In this document: one piece after another, positions 45,435 through 54,855 of the stretch | Numbering within the stretch: the first letter of the stretch is position 1 | Layout: every line of letters starts with the position of its first letter | Assembly: GCA_002392345.1 (NCBI GenBank) | Contig: DGGU01000042.1 | Span: 14,358-78,357, forward strand | Direction: 5' to 3' | Length of the DNA: 64,000 nucleotides | Source of the DNA: Lachnospiraceae bacterium UBA3866 | GTDB lineage: Bacteria > Bacillota > Clostridia > Lachnospirales > Lachnospiraceae | The notes under the pieces: model-generated | Databases searched by the model: none | Told to the model about the DNA's origin: nothing | What the model saw: only the letters and a program-made list of their open reading frames with translations | Translations under genes and position numbers: made by a program

Positions 45435-46115
45435 ATGTTTTCTGAGATGTTTATAAAACTTTGGCAAAATGGTATCATACAAAAAGGTATATGGGAAACT
45501 ATATATATGACTGTCACCTCATCTGCCATAGCTTACATCATAGGTCTCCCAATTGGTGTGATACTCAATATAACAGATAAAGATGGTATATATCCTATAC
45601 CTTGGCTTAGTACAATACTTGGTTTTATAGTTAATTTCTTTAGAAGTATACCATTTATCATACTTATGGTTGCCATGCTCCCAGTTGCTAAGTTTTTTGT
45701 AGGTGTGAGTCTTGGCAATAAGGCGATGATTGTTATGCTTGTAATTGCAGCAGCTCCCTATATAGCAAGAATGGTTGAGAGTTCTCTTAAAGAAGTGAAT
45801 GCAGGTGTCATAGAAGCTGCTAAAGCGATGGGGGCCAATAATTTTCAGATAATCACTAAAGTGCTTCTCCCTGAAGCAAAGCCATCTCTTATAATAGGTG
45901 CAGTGATATCTATGGTTACTATCTTAGGATATTCTGCGATGGCAGCGACAATAGGTGGGACAGGACTTGGACAGATAGCTGTAAGCTATGGACACCAGAG
46001 ATTTAATCCTGATATCACCTGGTGTTGTGTATTTCTTACAGTTATAATAGTTCAGATAATACAAGAAGTAGGGACATGGATTGCACATAAGAGTGATAAG
46101 AGATATAAAAATTAA
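45435..46115 (+). CDS. metI: Methionine ABC transporter permease
   Basis: 226 aa, five TM helices, EAA-like loop (EAAKAMGAN). Confidence 0.9.
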   Translation: MFSEMFIKLWQNGIIQKGIWETIYMTVTSSAIAYIIGLPIGVILNITDKDGIYPIPWLSTILGFIVNFFRSIPFIILMVAMLPVAKFFVGVSLGNKAMIVMLVIAAAPYIARMVESSLKEVNAGVIEAAKAMGANNFQIITKVLLPEAKPSLIIGAVISMVTILGYSAMAATIGGTGLGQIAVSYGHQRFNPDITWCCVFLTVIIVQIIQEVGTWIAHKSDKRYKN

Positions 46116-46146
46116 AAAAGAGGCTCTATGAAGAACCTCTTTTTTG
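46115..46146. terminator. Bidirectional rho-independent terminator
   Basis: AAAAAAGAGG-ctctatgaagaa-CCTCTTTTTT between the convergent metI and ADH genes. Confidence 0.75.
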
Positions 46147-46153
46147 ATTACTA

Positions 46154-47323
46154 TTATAAAGCAAGTTCAAGTATTTCCATGAATTCTTTCGCATGTAGTG
46201 GTATGTAGTGACCAACAGTATTCTTGTCATCGTTAGTTGCTCTCATAGCCATATCTTTAAAATGTTCTCTATCTATCTCGTATTCTGTAAGAGTAGTTTT
46301 TAAATTAATTTTTTCAAAAAATTCTTTTAACTTGTCTGAAAGTATAAGTGCCATCTCTTTCTCTGTATAATCATGGTAATCAACATTAAAGACTCTGTTA
46401 GCGAGCTGAGCCATCTTCTTTGGAAGTTTATCTGCCATATATTTAGTGTAAGCAACAAGCACTACTGCCATACCTGCACCATGGGTAATATTATATTGAC
46501 CACTGAGTTCATGTTCAATTCTATGTGAAGCCCAGTCAGTAGCACGGCCAAGATCGAGCATACCATTATGTGCGAGTGATGCGAGAAGTTGCATCTCAGC
46601 TCTTGCATTATAATTGCTTGGGTCTTTAACTAGACGGAGAGCGTTAAGCATACATGCTTTTATAGCTCCTTCAAGTAGATAGTCAGTGACATCTACATTT
46701 TCAGTAGTTGTAAAATATCTTTCTAATAGATGCGAGAGTATATCAGCGCATCCTGCTGATGTCTGAAATGGTGGAAGACCAAGTGTGTAGGTAGGATTCA
46801 TAATGGCGAATTTTGGAAGAATTAAATCATCCTCAACACCTTTTTTGTATAGACCATTTGATAGGATCGCAGCATTGGATGTCTCTGAACCTGAAGCTGG
46901 GATAGTAGTGATAGCACCAAGAGAAATAGCAGACTTAGGTGTAGCCTTGCCATCATAGAAATCCCATACATCGCCTTCGTAAGGTATGCCAAGTGCAACA
47001 GATTTTGCTGTATCTATAGGACTGCCACCTCCTACAGCAAGTATAAAATCAACATTATTTTCCTTTCCTATTTGAATAAGTTCACGAACTAATTCTACTT
47101 TAGGGTTAGCTACAACTTTTAGTGATTCTATATATTTTGCGCCGATTTTTTTGCAAGCATTTTCTACTTCATCACATATGCCGAGTCTTCTTGCTGAACC
47201 GCCAGAACCTCCTATAAGGAGTACTGTGTGGGCGCCATATTCTTTTAAAAGTGAATCAAGTTTTTTAATTGATTCATCACCAAAGACGATTCTTGATGGG
47301 TTTTTGAAATCAAAATTAATCAT
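46154..47323 (-). CDS. Iron-containing alcohol dehydrogenase (BdhA/YqhD-like)
   Basis: AVGGGSPIDTAKSVA and His-rich metal-site blocks. Start at MINFDF, after AGGAGG. Confidence 0.85.
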   Translation of the reverse strand: MINFDFKNPSRIVFGDESIKKLDSLLKEYGAHTVLLIGGSGGSARRLGICDEVENACKKIGAKYIESLKVVANPKVELVRELIQIGKENNVDFILAVGGGSPIDTAKSVALGIPYEGDVWDFYDGKATPKSAISLGAITTIPASGSETSNAAILSNGLYKKGVEDDLILPKFAIMNPTYTLGLPPFQTSAGCADILSHLLERYFTTTENVDVTDYLLEGAIKACMLNALRLVKDPSNYNARAEMQLLASLAHNGMLDLGRATDWASHRIEHELSGQYNITHGAGMAVVLVAYTKYMADKLPKKMAQLANRVFNVDYHDYTEKEMALILSDKLKEFFEKINLKTTLTEYEIDREHFKDMAMRATNDDKNTVGHYIPLHAKEFMEILELAL

Positions 47324-47519
47324 AAAACCTCCTATGTTTAAAAATACAATAAATATGCATATTATTATTAATGATTCTATCATACTAGGAATATAATATC
47401 AATAAAATGTCAAATAAAATTAAGATTTTTGTTGATTTTTATTCATTTTTAATATATAATTTAATTATTGAATATACACGGTGCGGTGTATAAAAATTTA
47501 TTGATTTCGGAGGAGAGTT

Positions 47520-48860
47520 ATGAAAGAAAAAGGTAGTTTTCTAGGCCTCGTACCAATTCTAGTATTTCTTATTGTATATTTTGCAGTTGGTATAGGAACA
47601 GGAGCATTTGATCAAAGTTTACCTCTTATGATGGGTATCTTTATTGCATCAGTGCTTTCACTTGTGCTTGACAACCATACTGGATCAGAGAAAAAGACAT
47701 TAGCTGAAAAGATTGTTATGTTCTGTAAGGGTGGTGGAGATGACACACTTATACTTATGGTTCTCATCTACATGCTTGCAGGTGCATTTTATTCAATCTC
47801 TATAGCAACTGGTGCTCGTGAAGCAATGGGACAACTTGGTGTTGCATTACTCCCACCAAGACTTATACTCCCTGCAATATTCTTAGTTTCAATGGCATTC
47901 AGCTTTTCTATGGGTACTTCAATGGGAACAGTTAATACTGTTATGACATTCGCTACAGCATTTGCTCCACTTATCAGTTTCGGAACAGAGCAGACAAAGC
48001 TTGCTGTAATATGCGGTATCGTAGTTGGCGGTGCTATGTTTGGTGATAACTTATCATTCATATCTGATACTACTATAGCAGCTACTTCTACTCAAGAAGT
48101 ATCAATGAAATCTAAGTTCCAACAAAACATTCTTATGTGCTTACCAGCAGTTATTATTACATTTATAGCACTTGCATTTATTCCTATCACAGTTCCTGAA
48201 GCAACAACACTTGCAGGTATCAACTGGATAGTTTTACTTCCATTCTTACTTATCATTGTTCTCTCACTTATTGGTATGCACGTACTTCCTGCTATGACTA
48301 TATCAATTACTGTTGCAGCTATAATTGGTGTTGCAATTGGTAAGTTCCCATTATTCCATACTGGAGATACAGCTGGCGTATTCGAAGTTATCCATGAAGG
48401 TATGATGTGGATGCAAGATATGGCTGTTATAGCTATATTCATCGGTGGTATATGTGCTATGATGCATTACCTTGGTGGTATACAATGGCTTATCAATACA
48501 TTATCTAAGAACGTTAAGACTTCAAAGGGTTGCGAGCTTGCATTAGCATTCTTAGCATTTATCGTTGATGTTGCTACTACTAACAATACAGTTTCAATCA
48601 TAGCTATAGGACCTATCGCAAAGGAACTTGGTGATAAGTTCGGTGTTGCAAGAGAGAGAATAGCATCTATACTTGATATCTTCTCATCAGTAGGTAATGG
48701 TATATCTCCACACGCAGGACAACTGCTTGCTGCTGGATCACTTGCTGGTATCTCACCTGCATCAATAGTTGTATGGTGTTGGTACCCAATTTTAATGGGC
48801 ATATCAAGTCTTATATTTATAATTCTTGGTATAGCAGTTCCTGCTAAGAAAAAAGATTAA
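47520..48860 (+). CDS. NhaC-family Na+/H+ antiporter-type transporter
   Basis: 446 aa, about 12 TM helices, N-terminal GLVPILVFLIVYFAVGIGTGAF typical of the NhaC family. Confidence 0.7.
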   Translation: MKEKGSFLGLVPILVFLIVYFAVGIGTGAFDQSLPLMMGIFIASVLSLVLDNHTGSEKKTLAEKIVMFCKGGGDDTLILMVLIYMLAGAFYSISIATGAREAMGQLGVALLPPRLILPAIFLVSMAFSFSMGTSMGTVNTVMTFATAFAPLISFGTEQTKLAVICGIVVGGAMFGDNLSFISDTTIAATSTQEVSMKSKFQQNILMCLPAVIITFIALAFIPITVPEATTLAGINWIVLLPFLLIIVLSLIGMHVLPAMTISITVAAIIGVAIGKFPLFHTGDTAGVFEVIHEGMMWMQDMAVIAIFIGGICAMMHYLGGIQWLINTLSKNVKTSKGCELALAFLAFIVDVATTNNTVSIIAIGPIAKELGDKFGVARERIASILDIFSSVGNGISPHAGQLLAAGSLAGISPASIVVWCWYPILMGISSLIFIILGIAVPAKKKD

Positions 48861-48917
48861 TTCGTACTTTTTAAAAAACTAATATCGTTGTGATTATGTC
48901 ACAGCATTTTAATAGAA

Positions 48918-48953
48918 CTTCCACAGCGATATAATGCTGTGGAAGTTTTGTTT
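48918..48953 (+). terminator. Rho-independent terminator
   Basis: CTTCCACAGC-gatataat-GCTGTGGAAG followed by TTTTGTTT. Confidence 0.8.
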
Positions 48954-48966
48954 ATAAGGAGAATAT

Positions 48967-49950
48967 ATGAAACTTTATATTAGAACGCCATATACTGAAG
49001 ATAAGATAGAGGAACTTAGAAAATATTTTGACGAGATAGTTTATGAACCATGGACAGATACAGGCGAGAGATATTATGAAGACGAGATGCTTGAGAAGCT
49101 TCTTCTGGTAAAGCCTAATGTAGTGGTGACAGAACTTGATAGGATTACTGAAAAAGTACTATCAGGTTATGAAGGACTTAAATTTATAGGTGATTGTCGT
49201 GCTACCCCTGCTAATATAGAAGTCGAAGCATGTACAAAACATAAAGTGCCTATACTTTGCACACCAGGTCGTAATTCTCAAGCAGTTGCAGAGATGGTTG
49301 TAGGACTTCTACTTACAGAGATGAGAAATATCATCCCTTCGACTAATTGGATCAAAGAAGGTAAATGGGTTAAAGGAACTACACCTTATTATACTTGGAT
49401 GGGCAATGAACTTTGTGGCAAAGAAGTTGGCTTTGTAGGTATGGGAGCGATCGCCAAGATAGTTGCAAATATCTTAGAGGCATTTGGATGCAAGATATCA
49501 TTCTATGATCCATTTCTTGAAACTTATAAGAATTATAAGAAGAAAGATTTAAATGCTATATTTAAAGATTCAGATATAGTAACTATACATGTCCCAGTTA
49601 TTGATAGCACTCATAAGATGATTAAGAAAGAACATTTTGATCTTATGAAACCTACATCAATATTTGTCAATGTATCAAGGACATGGATGGTAGATATGGA
49701 TGCATTTTATGACACGATGAAAAATAAAAAGATAAAAGCGGCTATAACAGACGTTCTTGATGAAGAGCCACCTACAGAGGAGGCGCTTAAGATTGGAAAA
49801 CTTGATAATGTACTTCTTACACCTCATATCTGCGGGGCTACATTTGAAGTTGCTAATCATCAAACTGATATTATCAATGATAGAATTATAAGATATCTTG
49901 AGGGCAAAGATCTTGATAAGATTGTATATAACAAAGATGTATTGAAATAA
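48967..49950 (+). CDS. D-isomer-specific 2-hydroxyacid dehydrogenase family
   Basis: NAD fold GFVGMGAIAKIVA; catalytic region LLTPHICGAT. Confidence 0.8.
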   Translation: MKLYIRTPYTEDKIEELRKYFDEIVYEPWTDTGERYYEDEMLEKLLLVKPNVVVTELDRITEKVLSGYEGLKFIGDCRATPANIEVEACTKHKVPILCTPGRNSQAVAEMVVGLLLTEMRNIIPSTNWIKEGKWVKGTTPYYTWMGNELCGKEVGFVGMGAIAKIVANILEAFGCKISFYDPFLETYKNYKKKDLNAIFKDSDIVTIHVPVIDSTHKMIKKEHFDLMKPTSIFVNVSRTWMVDMDAFYDTMKNKKIKAAITDVLDEEPPTEEALKIGKLDNVLLTPHICGATFEVANHQTDIINDRIIRYLEGKDLDKIVYNKDVLK

Positions 49951-49974
49951 TAATCAAACTCGAAAGGATAAGTT

Positions 49975-51417
49975 ATGGAAAGAAATTATTTGGTAGTAGA
50001 TATTGGTACAGGTAATTCAAGAGTTGCATTAGTTACTTCAACTGGTGCCATCATTGATATGGATTCATTTGAAAATGTATATCATAGAGATACATTGTAT
50101 GAGGATGCTCAATACTTTGTCCCATCTGATTGGAAGAAAAGAATCATGGAGGGCTGCAAAAAAGTAATTGGCAACCACAAAGATTTAAAGATATCTGGTA
50201 TATCTGCATCAGGAGCGAGAGAGACTATCGTATGCTACGATGAGAATGGCGATGATTTTCTAGGACTTCCTAATATAGATAATCGTGGTGCAAAATGGAT
50301 GGACGAGATACCTGAAAAAAGTTATGTCTATGAGAAGACTGGTAGATGGTGCACTGAAGATTTTCCTGCGGCGAAACTTATGGGATTTAGGAAGATGCAT
50401 AAAGAAGAATTTGCTAAGATTAAAAAGATGACAAGTCTTTCTGAATGGATAGGAGAGATATTCACAGGTAATATCGTAATTGAGCCATCTATGGCATGCG
50501 AGACTCAGCTTTATGATATAGATGATATGAAATGGTCAGAAAAAATCTGCGGCTTCTTTAAGATCCCTATGGAGATTTTGCCTGAAGTAAAATGTGCTGG
50601 AGAGAGCATAGGTAAGATTACAAAAAAGATTTCTGATGAACTTGGGATAGATGAGAACGCTGAGTTTATCGTTGGCGGTGCTGATACTCAACTTGCTGCT
50701 AAAGCGATGAATGTAAAAGTAGGAGACATATGTATAGTATCTGGAACTACATCACCAGTAGTGACAATACTCGATAAGAAGTATTATGATGACAAAGAGA
50801 GATGCTGGACTGATCTAAATCTTGGCGGAAAGACTTATCAAGTTGAAACAAACCCAGGCGTCACAGGAAATAACTTCCAGAGATTTAAAAAAGTTATGTT
50901 TCCTAATACTTCATACCCAGAACTTGATGAGATACTTGCTAAGAAAAAAGACTTTGTATGTACGGCTACATTTTCATCACTTAATTTCACACAGCGTAAG
51001 TCTCTAAAAAAAGGTGGTTTTGTGATGAGAGCACCATTCCCACAAAATATGGATTTAGGAGATTTTGCACTTGCTGTACTTTCTGATGTTGCTTGCTCTA
51101 TCTATCTTCAATATCAAAACTTAAAAGAGATGATACCTAATTCTAATGATTATATACTTGGTTGTGGTGGTGGATTTAAACAAAAATATCTATGCCATGC
51201 TATAGCAGATCTTACAGGAAAAGAACTTATGATGTATGAGGGATTTGATCAAGCTACAGTTCTTGGCTGTGTAAAACTTCTCAATGAGTACTTCGGTATA
51301 GACAATAAAGAAAGTACAAGTGCGCCACTAGTATATAAGCCTAATAATGATCCTGATTCACTCATCGAGAGATATTTCCATGAGTGGAGAATCAATCGTA
51401 ATATTTTGAACCCATAA
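49975..51417 (+). CDS. FGGY-family carbohydrate kinase
   Basis: N-terminal VVDIGTGNSRVAL phosphate-1 motif, GGADTQLAA, 480 aa. Confidence 0.8.
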   Translation: MERNYLVVDIGTGNSRVALVTSTGAIIDMDSFENVYHRDTLYEDAQYFVPSDWKKRIMEGCKKVIGNHKDLKISGISASGARETIVCYDENGDDFLGLPNIDNRGAKWMDEIPEKSYVYEKTGRWCTEDFPAAKLMGFRKMHKEEFAKIKKMTSLSEWIGEIFTGNIVIEPSMACETQLYDIDDMKWSEKICGFFKIPMEILPEVKCAGESIGKITKKISDELGIDENAEFIVGGADTQLAAKAMNVKVGDICIVSGTTSPVVTILDKKYYDDKERCWTDLNLGGKTYQVETNPGVTGNNFQRFKKVMFPNTSYPELDEILAKKKDFVCTATFSSLNFTQRKSLKKGGFVMRAPFPQNMDLGDFALAVLSDVACSIYLQYQNLKEMIPNSNDYILGCGGGFKQKYLCHAIADLTGKELMMYEGFDQATVLGCVKLLNEYFGIDNKESTSAPLVYKPNNDPDSLIERYFHEWRINRNILNP

Positions 51418-51429
51418 GGAGATAAAGTT

Positions 51430-52083
51430 ATGTATGAGAATGAAAAAAAAGAAATAGTTGAATATGGAAAGAAATTAATCACAGATCGTCTAACTACTGG
51501 TACAAGTGGCAACATAAGTATATACGATCCAGAGAAGAAATTGATGCTTATAAGCCCATCTGGTATAGCATACTTTGATACAAAACCAGAAGACATAGTT
51601 GTTATGGATCTTGATGGTAATGTAGTTGAGGGCGATAAGAAACCATCATCAGAGCATGGTCTTCATGCTGCTATGTATAAAGCAAAGCCAAATGCAAGAG
51701 CAGCTGTACATACTCATTCTATGTATTGTACTGTGCTTGCAGTGCTTCATGAACCAATTAGAGCAGCTCACTATGTAGTTGCTGATGCTGGCGATGTACT
51801 TGTACCTTGCGCTGAATATCAAACTTATGGTACTATGGAACTTGCAAAGGCTGCAACTAATGCTATGGGTGCATCTGATGCTGTACTTCTTGCCAATCAT
51901 GGTATGATAGCAGTAGGAAAGTCACTAAAGAGTGCATATGGGCTTGCTGCTGGCATGGAGTATTGCGCAGAAGTATATTATAGAGCATTATGCACGAATA
52001 AGACTCCTCATATATTGCCTGATGATGAGATGAGAAGAGTTATAGAGAAGTTTAAAGGATATGGACAGACAAAGACAAAATAG
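51430..52083 (+). CDS. Class II aldolase/adducin-family protein (fuculose-phosphate aldolase/epimerase-like)
   Basis: GTSGNISIYD, SSEHGLHAAMY, HTHSMY metal ligands. Confidence 0.8.
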   Translation: MYENEKKEIVEYGKKLITDRLTTGTSGNISIYDPEKKLMLISPSGIAYFDTKPEDIVVMDLDGNVVEGDKKPSSEHGLHAAMYKAKPNARAAVHTHSMYCTVLAVLHEPIRAAHYVVADAGDVLVPCAEYQTYGTMELAKAATNAMGASDAVLLANHGMIAVGKSLKSAYGLAAGMEYCAEVYYRALCTNKTPHILPDDEMRRVIEKFKGYGQTKTK

Positions 52084-52109
52084 ATGTTACCAACATGATT
52101 TAGATTTAT

Positions 52110-53057
52110 ATGGATTACCAAAATATTAAAAAAGATGCAAAGAGTGTGAAGATTGATAATGCTGCAAAGGAGATACCTGATTATGCCTTTGCATCTTTTT
52201 ATAATATAGAAGAGATAAACATACCCGATAGTGTAGAGAAGATAGGAAGGGGGGCTTTTCAAAATTGCTCAAAACTTTCTAAGGTTAGACTTCCAAAGAA
52301 CTTACTTGAACTACAAAACAATACTTTCTTTGGCTGCAGGAAATTAGAAAATATAGAGTTGCCAGATTCACTTAATAGAATTGGCGACCAAGTCTTTTTT
52401 GGAACTGGATTAAAGGAGATAATCATCCCTGATAAAGTTGTGACTATCGGTAATAGTGCTTTTACTGGAGTATCAGAGTTCACTATAAGAGATGATTTCA
52501 ATTATACAGTTAATAAATATAATATATTCAACTGGCTAAGTGAACCAATATATGACAGAGAAGCAGATGGGAAGATTCCTGAGACCTATCAATTTATAAA
52601 AAATGTAGTAGTTACAATTTTAGATAATGATAAGAAAGTAAAATTTAAATTTTTGATACCATTCAATGATAAATTCGACTTTTTTTCTATATCACATGAG
52701 ATATTTAGAGATAATAGACTGGATCTTGGCCTTCTTGATAGGCAGTTCCAGATGATAAGAGATTTTGAAAATAAGACAAAATATGTATATTATAGAATAC
52801 AATATCCATATAAACTTACTGATGAGAACAAAAATCTATTTGAGAGATTTATAGTAGCAAATGATGTGAGTATAGCGAAAGGTTTTATTGATGGAAACCA
52901 AGTAAAACCACTTATAAAACTAGAATCTTTAGGGCTCATCAACTCAAAGAATATAGATGGCCTTATAGAGTATGCCAATGTAAATAGAAAATTTAATGTG
53001 TTATCATATCTTATGAATTATAAAAATGAGCATTTCGGTGACAGATACGCAATATAA
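52110..53057 (+). CDS. BspA-type leucine-rich repeat (LRR_5) protein, no signal peptide
   Basis: Repeats such as IPDSVEKIGRGAFQNCSKLSKVRLPKNLLELQNNTFFGCRKLENIELPDSLNRIGDQVFFGTGLKEIIIPDKVVTIGNSAF. Confidence 0.7.
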   Translation: MDYQNIKKDAKSVKIDNAAKEIPDYAFASFYNIEEINIPDSVEKIGRGAFQNCSKLSKVRLPKNLLELQNNTFFGCRKLENIELPDSLNRIGDQVFFGTGLKEIIIPDKVVTIGNSAFTGVSEFTIRDDFNYTVNKYNIFNWLSEPIYDREADGKIPETYQFIKNVVVTILDNDKKVKFKFLIPFNDKFDFFSISHEIFRDNRLDLGLLDRQFQMIRDFENKTKYVYYRIQYPYKLTDENKNLFERFIVANDVSIAKGFIDGNQVKPLIKLESLGLINSKNIDGLIEYANVNRKFNVLSYLMNYKNEHFGDRYAI

Positions 53058-54855
53058 AAAGATAATATCACTCACTGAAGATCTGATGAGTCAAGTAAAA
53101 GCTGAAGCATTAGTGTCGCTTCGCTTTCTTGATGTTGCTCTATATAAATTAAAACATAAATACGATTTTAACACTACAATATATACAGACGGCACATATC
53201 TTATAATGAATCCTTACCATATATTTAAATTATACAAAGAAGAATACAACATGTTACTTAGAACATATCTTCATGTAATTCTTCACTGTATATTATTTCA
53301 TCTTTTTGTTGATAAAGCAGTCGATGATAAGATATGGAACCTAGCATGCGACATATCAGTTGAAAATATAATCAATGAATTTTCGCTTTCGACTCTTATT
53401 AGCGATAAGGATAATCCTGAGATAGCTGAGATTAATGTATTGAGGCAAAAAGTAGATGAATTGACCGCTGAAAAGATATATAGATATTTCGTAGATACTG
53501 ATATTTCTAACTTTGAAATAGAAAGATTAAGTAGTATATTTGCGAGAGACGACCATACACATTGGTATAATGAAGAACTTAAAGGCACTTCATCGAATGA
53601 TAAAGAAAATAAAAATGATGATTATAATTCACAAGAGAAAGATGAGATAAATGAAGATGATGTAGAAAGGACAGAACACGAAGAAAAGAGTGAGGATAAG
53701 GAAAAAGAATCTAATAATAAAGAAGATTATAATGATTTATTAAGAGATAGAGAAGAAGAAAAAGATGATGAGGAAAATGGTGATGACGCATCTAATGTAG
53801 ATGGTGATAAGAATAAGTCTGATACAGGGGAAGATGAGAATCCTGATGCTGATTCCACTAATAAGAGTGATGTCAATGAAGATAGCAAGAACGAAGAAGA
53901 AAGACTTGGCGGTGAAGAAACTGATCGAGATGTTAAAACTAAAAACATAGATGAAAATAAATCTGGAGATGAGTATAAGTCTGCCAAAGAGAAATTAGAT
54001 GAACATCTTGGAAAGGGAAAAGAAAAAACTGATAAGAATGACTTAGAAAATAAAGATGAGTCAGCTTCTGATAAGAATGCCAAAACGATGAAGACTAAAA
54101 AAGATGATGAGAAAAATTCATCGTATTATGATTGGAAGAATATAAGCGAGAGAACCAAAGAAGACCTTCTGATGTTTGAGAATGCTTTTGGCAATAAAAC
54201 TCATACGATAAAGCAGTATATAGAATTTGTCAATGAAGAGCATTTTAAATATGAAGATTTCTTAGAGAAATTTGCTGTAATGAATGAAAATGTCGAACTT
54301 AACGATGATGAGTTTGACAACGTGTACTATACTTTTGGCTTAAATATGTATAAAAATATACCTTTAGTAGAGCCGCTTGAATATAAAGAATCTAATCGAA
54401 TTAAAGATTTTGTAATAGCTATAGATGTGAGTGGCTCTGTGAAAGGGGAACTGGTTGAGAAGTTTCTTGAAAAGACTTATAATATACTTGTAAGAAGGGA
54501 TAATTATTTTAATAAGGTAAATATACATATAGTTTTATGTGATGCAGAGATTAAAGATGTGTATAAGGTAACGACCTTAAGCGATATTAAAACGGTGCTT
54601 AATGATATAACCTTATCTGGTTTTGGCGGGACGGACTTTAGACCTGTATTTGACTATGTAGAGAAGAAGAAAAAAGAAGGAGAACTAAGAAGTCTTAAAG
54701 GTCTTATATATTTTACTGATGGCTTCGGAGAATACCCCAAAAATATTCCAAGTTTTGAGACAGCATTTGTATTTTTGAAGGACCAGTATAAGAGAGATGA
54801 GCGAAAAATCCACGTACCACCATGGGCAATAAAGCTTGTCTTGGAGGATGTATAA
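53026..54855 (+). CDS. DUF2201-type protein: N-terminal putative metallopeptidase-like domain + ~180-aa charged linker + C-terminal VWA domain
   Basis: YLHVILHCILFH block, K/E/D-rich low-complexity segment (nt 53581..54123), and VWA MIDAS DVSGS (nt 54424..54438). Overlaps the LRR gene by 32 nt. Confidence 0.7.
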   Translation: MSISVTDTQYKKIISLTEDLMSQVKAEALVSLRFLDVALYKLKHKYDFNTTIYTDGTYLIMNPYHIFKLYKEEYNMLLRTYLHVILHCILFHLFVDKAVDDKIWNLACDISVENIINEFSLSTLISDKDNPEIAEINVLRQKVDELTAEKIYRYFVDTDISNFEIERLSSIFARDDHTHWYNEELKGTSSNDKENKNDDYNSQEKDEINEDDVERTEHEEKSEDKEKESNNKEDYNDLLRDREEEKDDEENGDDASNVDGDKNKSDTGEDENPDADSTNKSDVNEDSKNEEERLGGEETDRDVKTKNIDENKSGDEYKSAKEKLDEHLGKGKEKTDKNDLENKDESASDKNAKTMKTKKDDEKNSSYYDWKNISERTKEDLLMFENAFGNKTHTIKQYIEFVNEEHFKYEDFLEKFAVMNENVELNDDEFDNVYYTFGLNMYKNIPLVEPLEYKESNRIKDFVIAIDVSGSVKGELVEKFLEKTYNILVRRDNYFNKVNIHIVLCDAEIKDVYKVTTLSDIKTVLNDITLSGFGGTDFRPVFDYVEKKKKEGELRSLKGLIYFTDGFGEYPKNIPSFETAFVFLKDQYKRDERKIHVPPWAIKLVLEDV

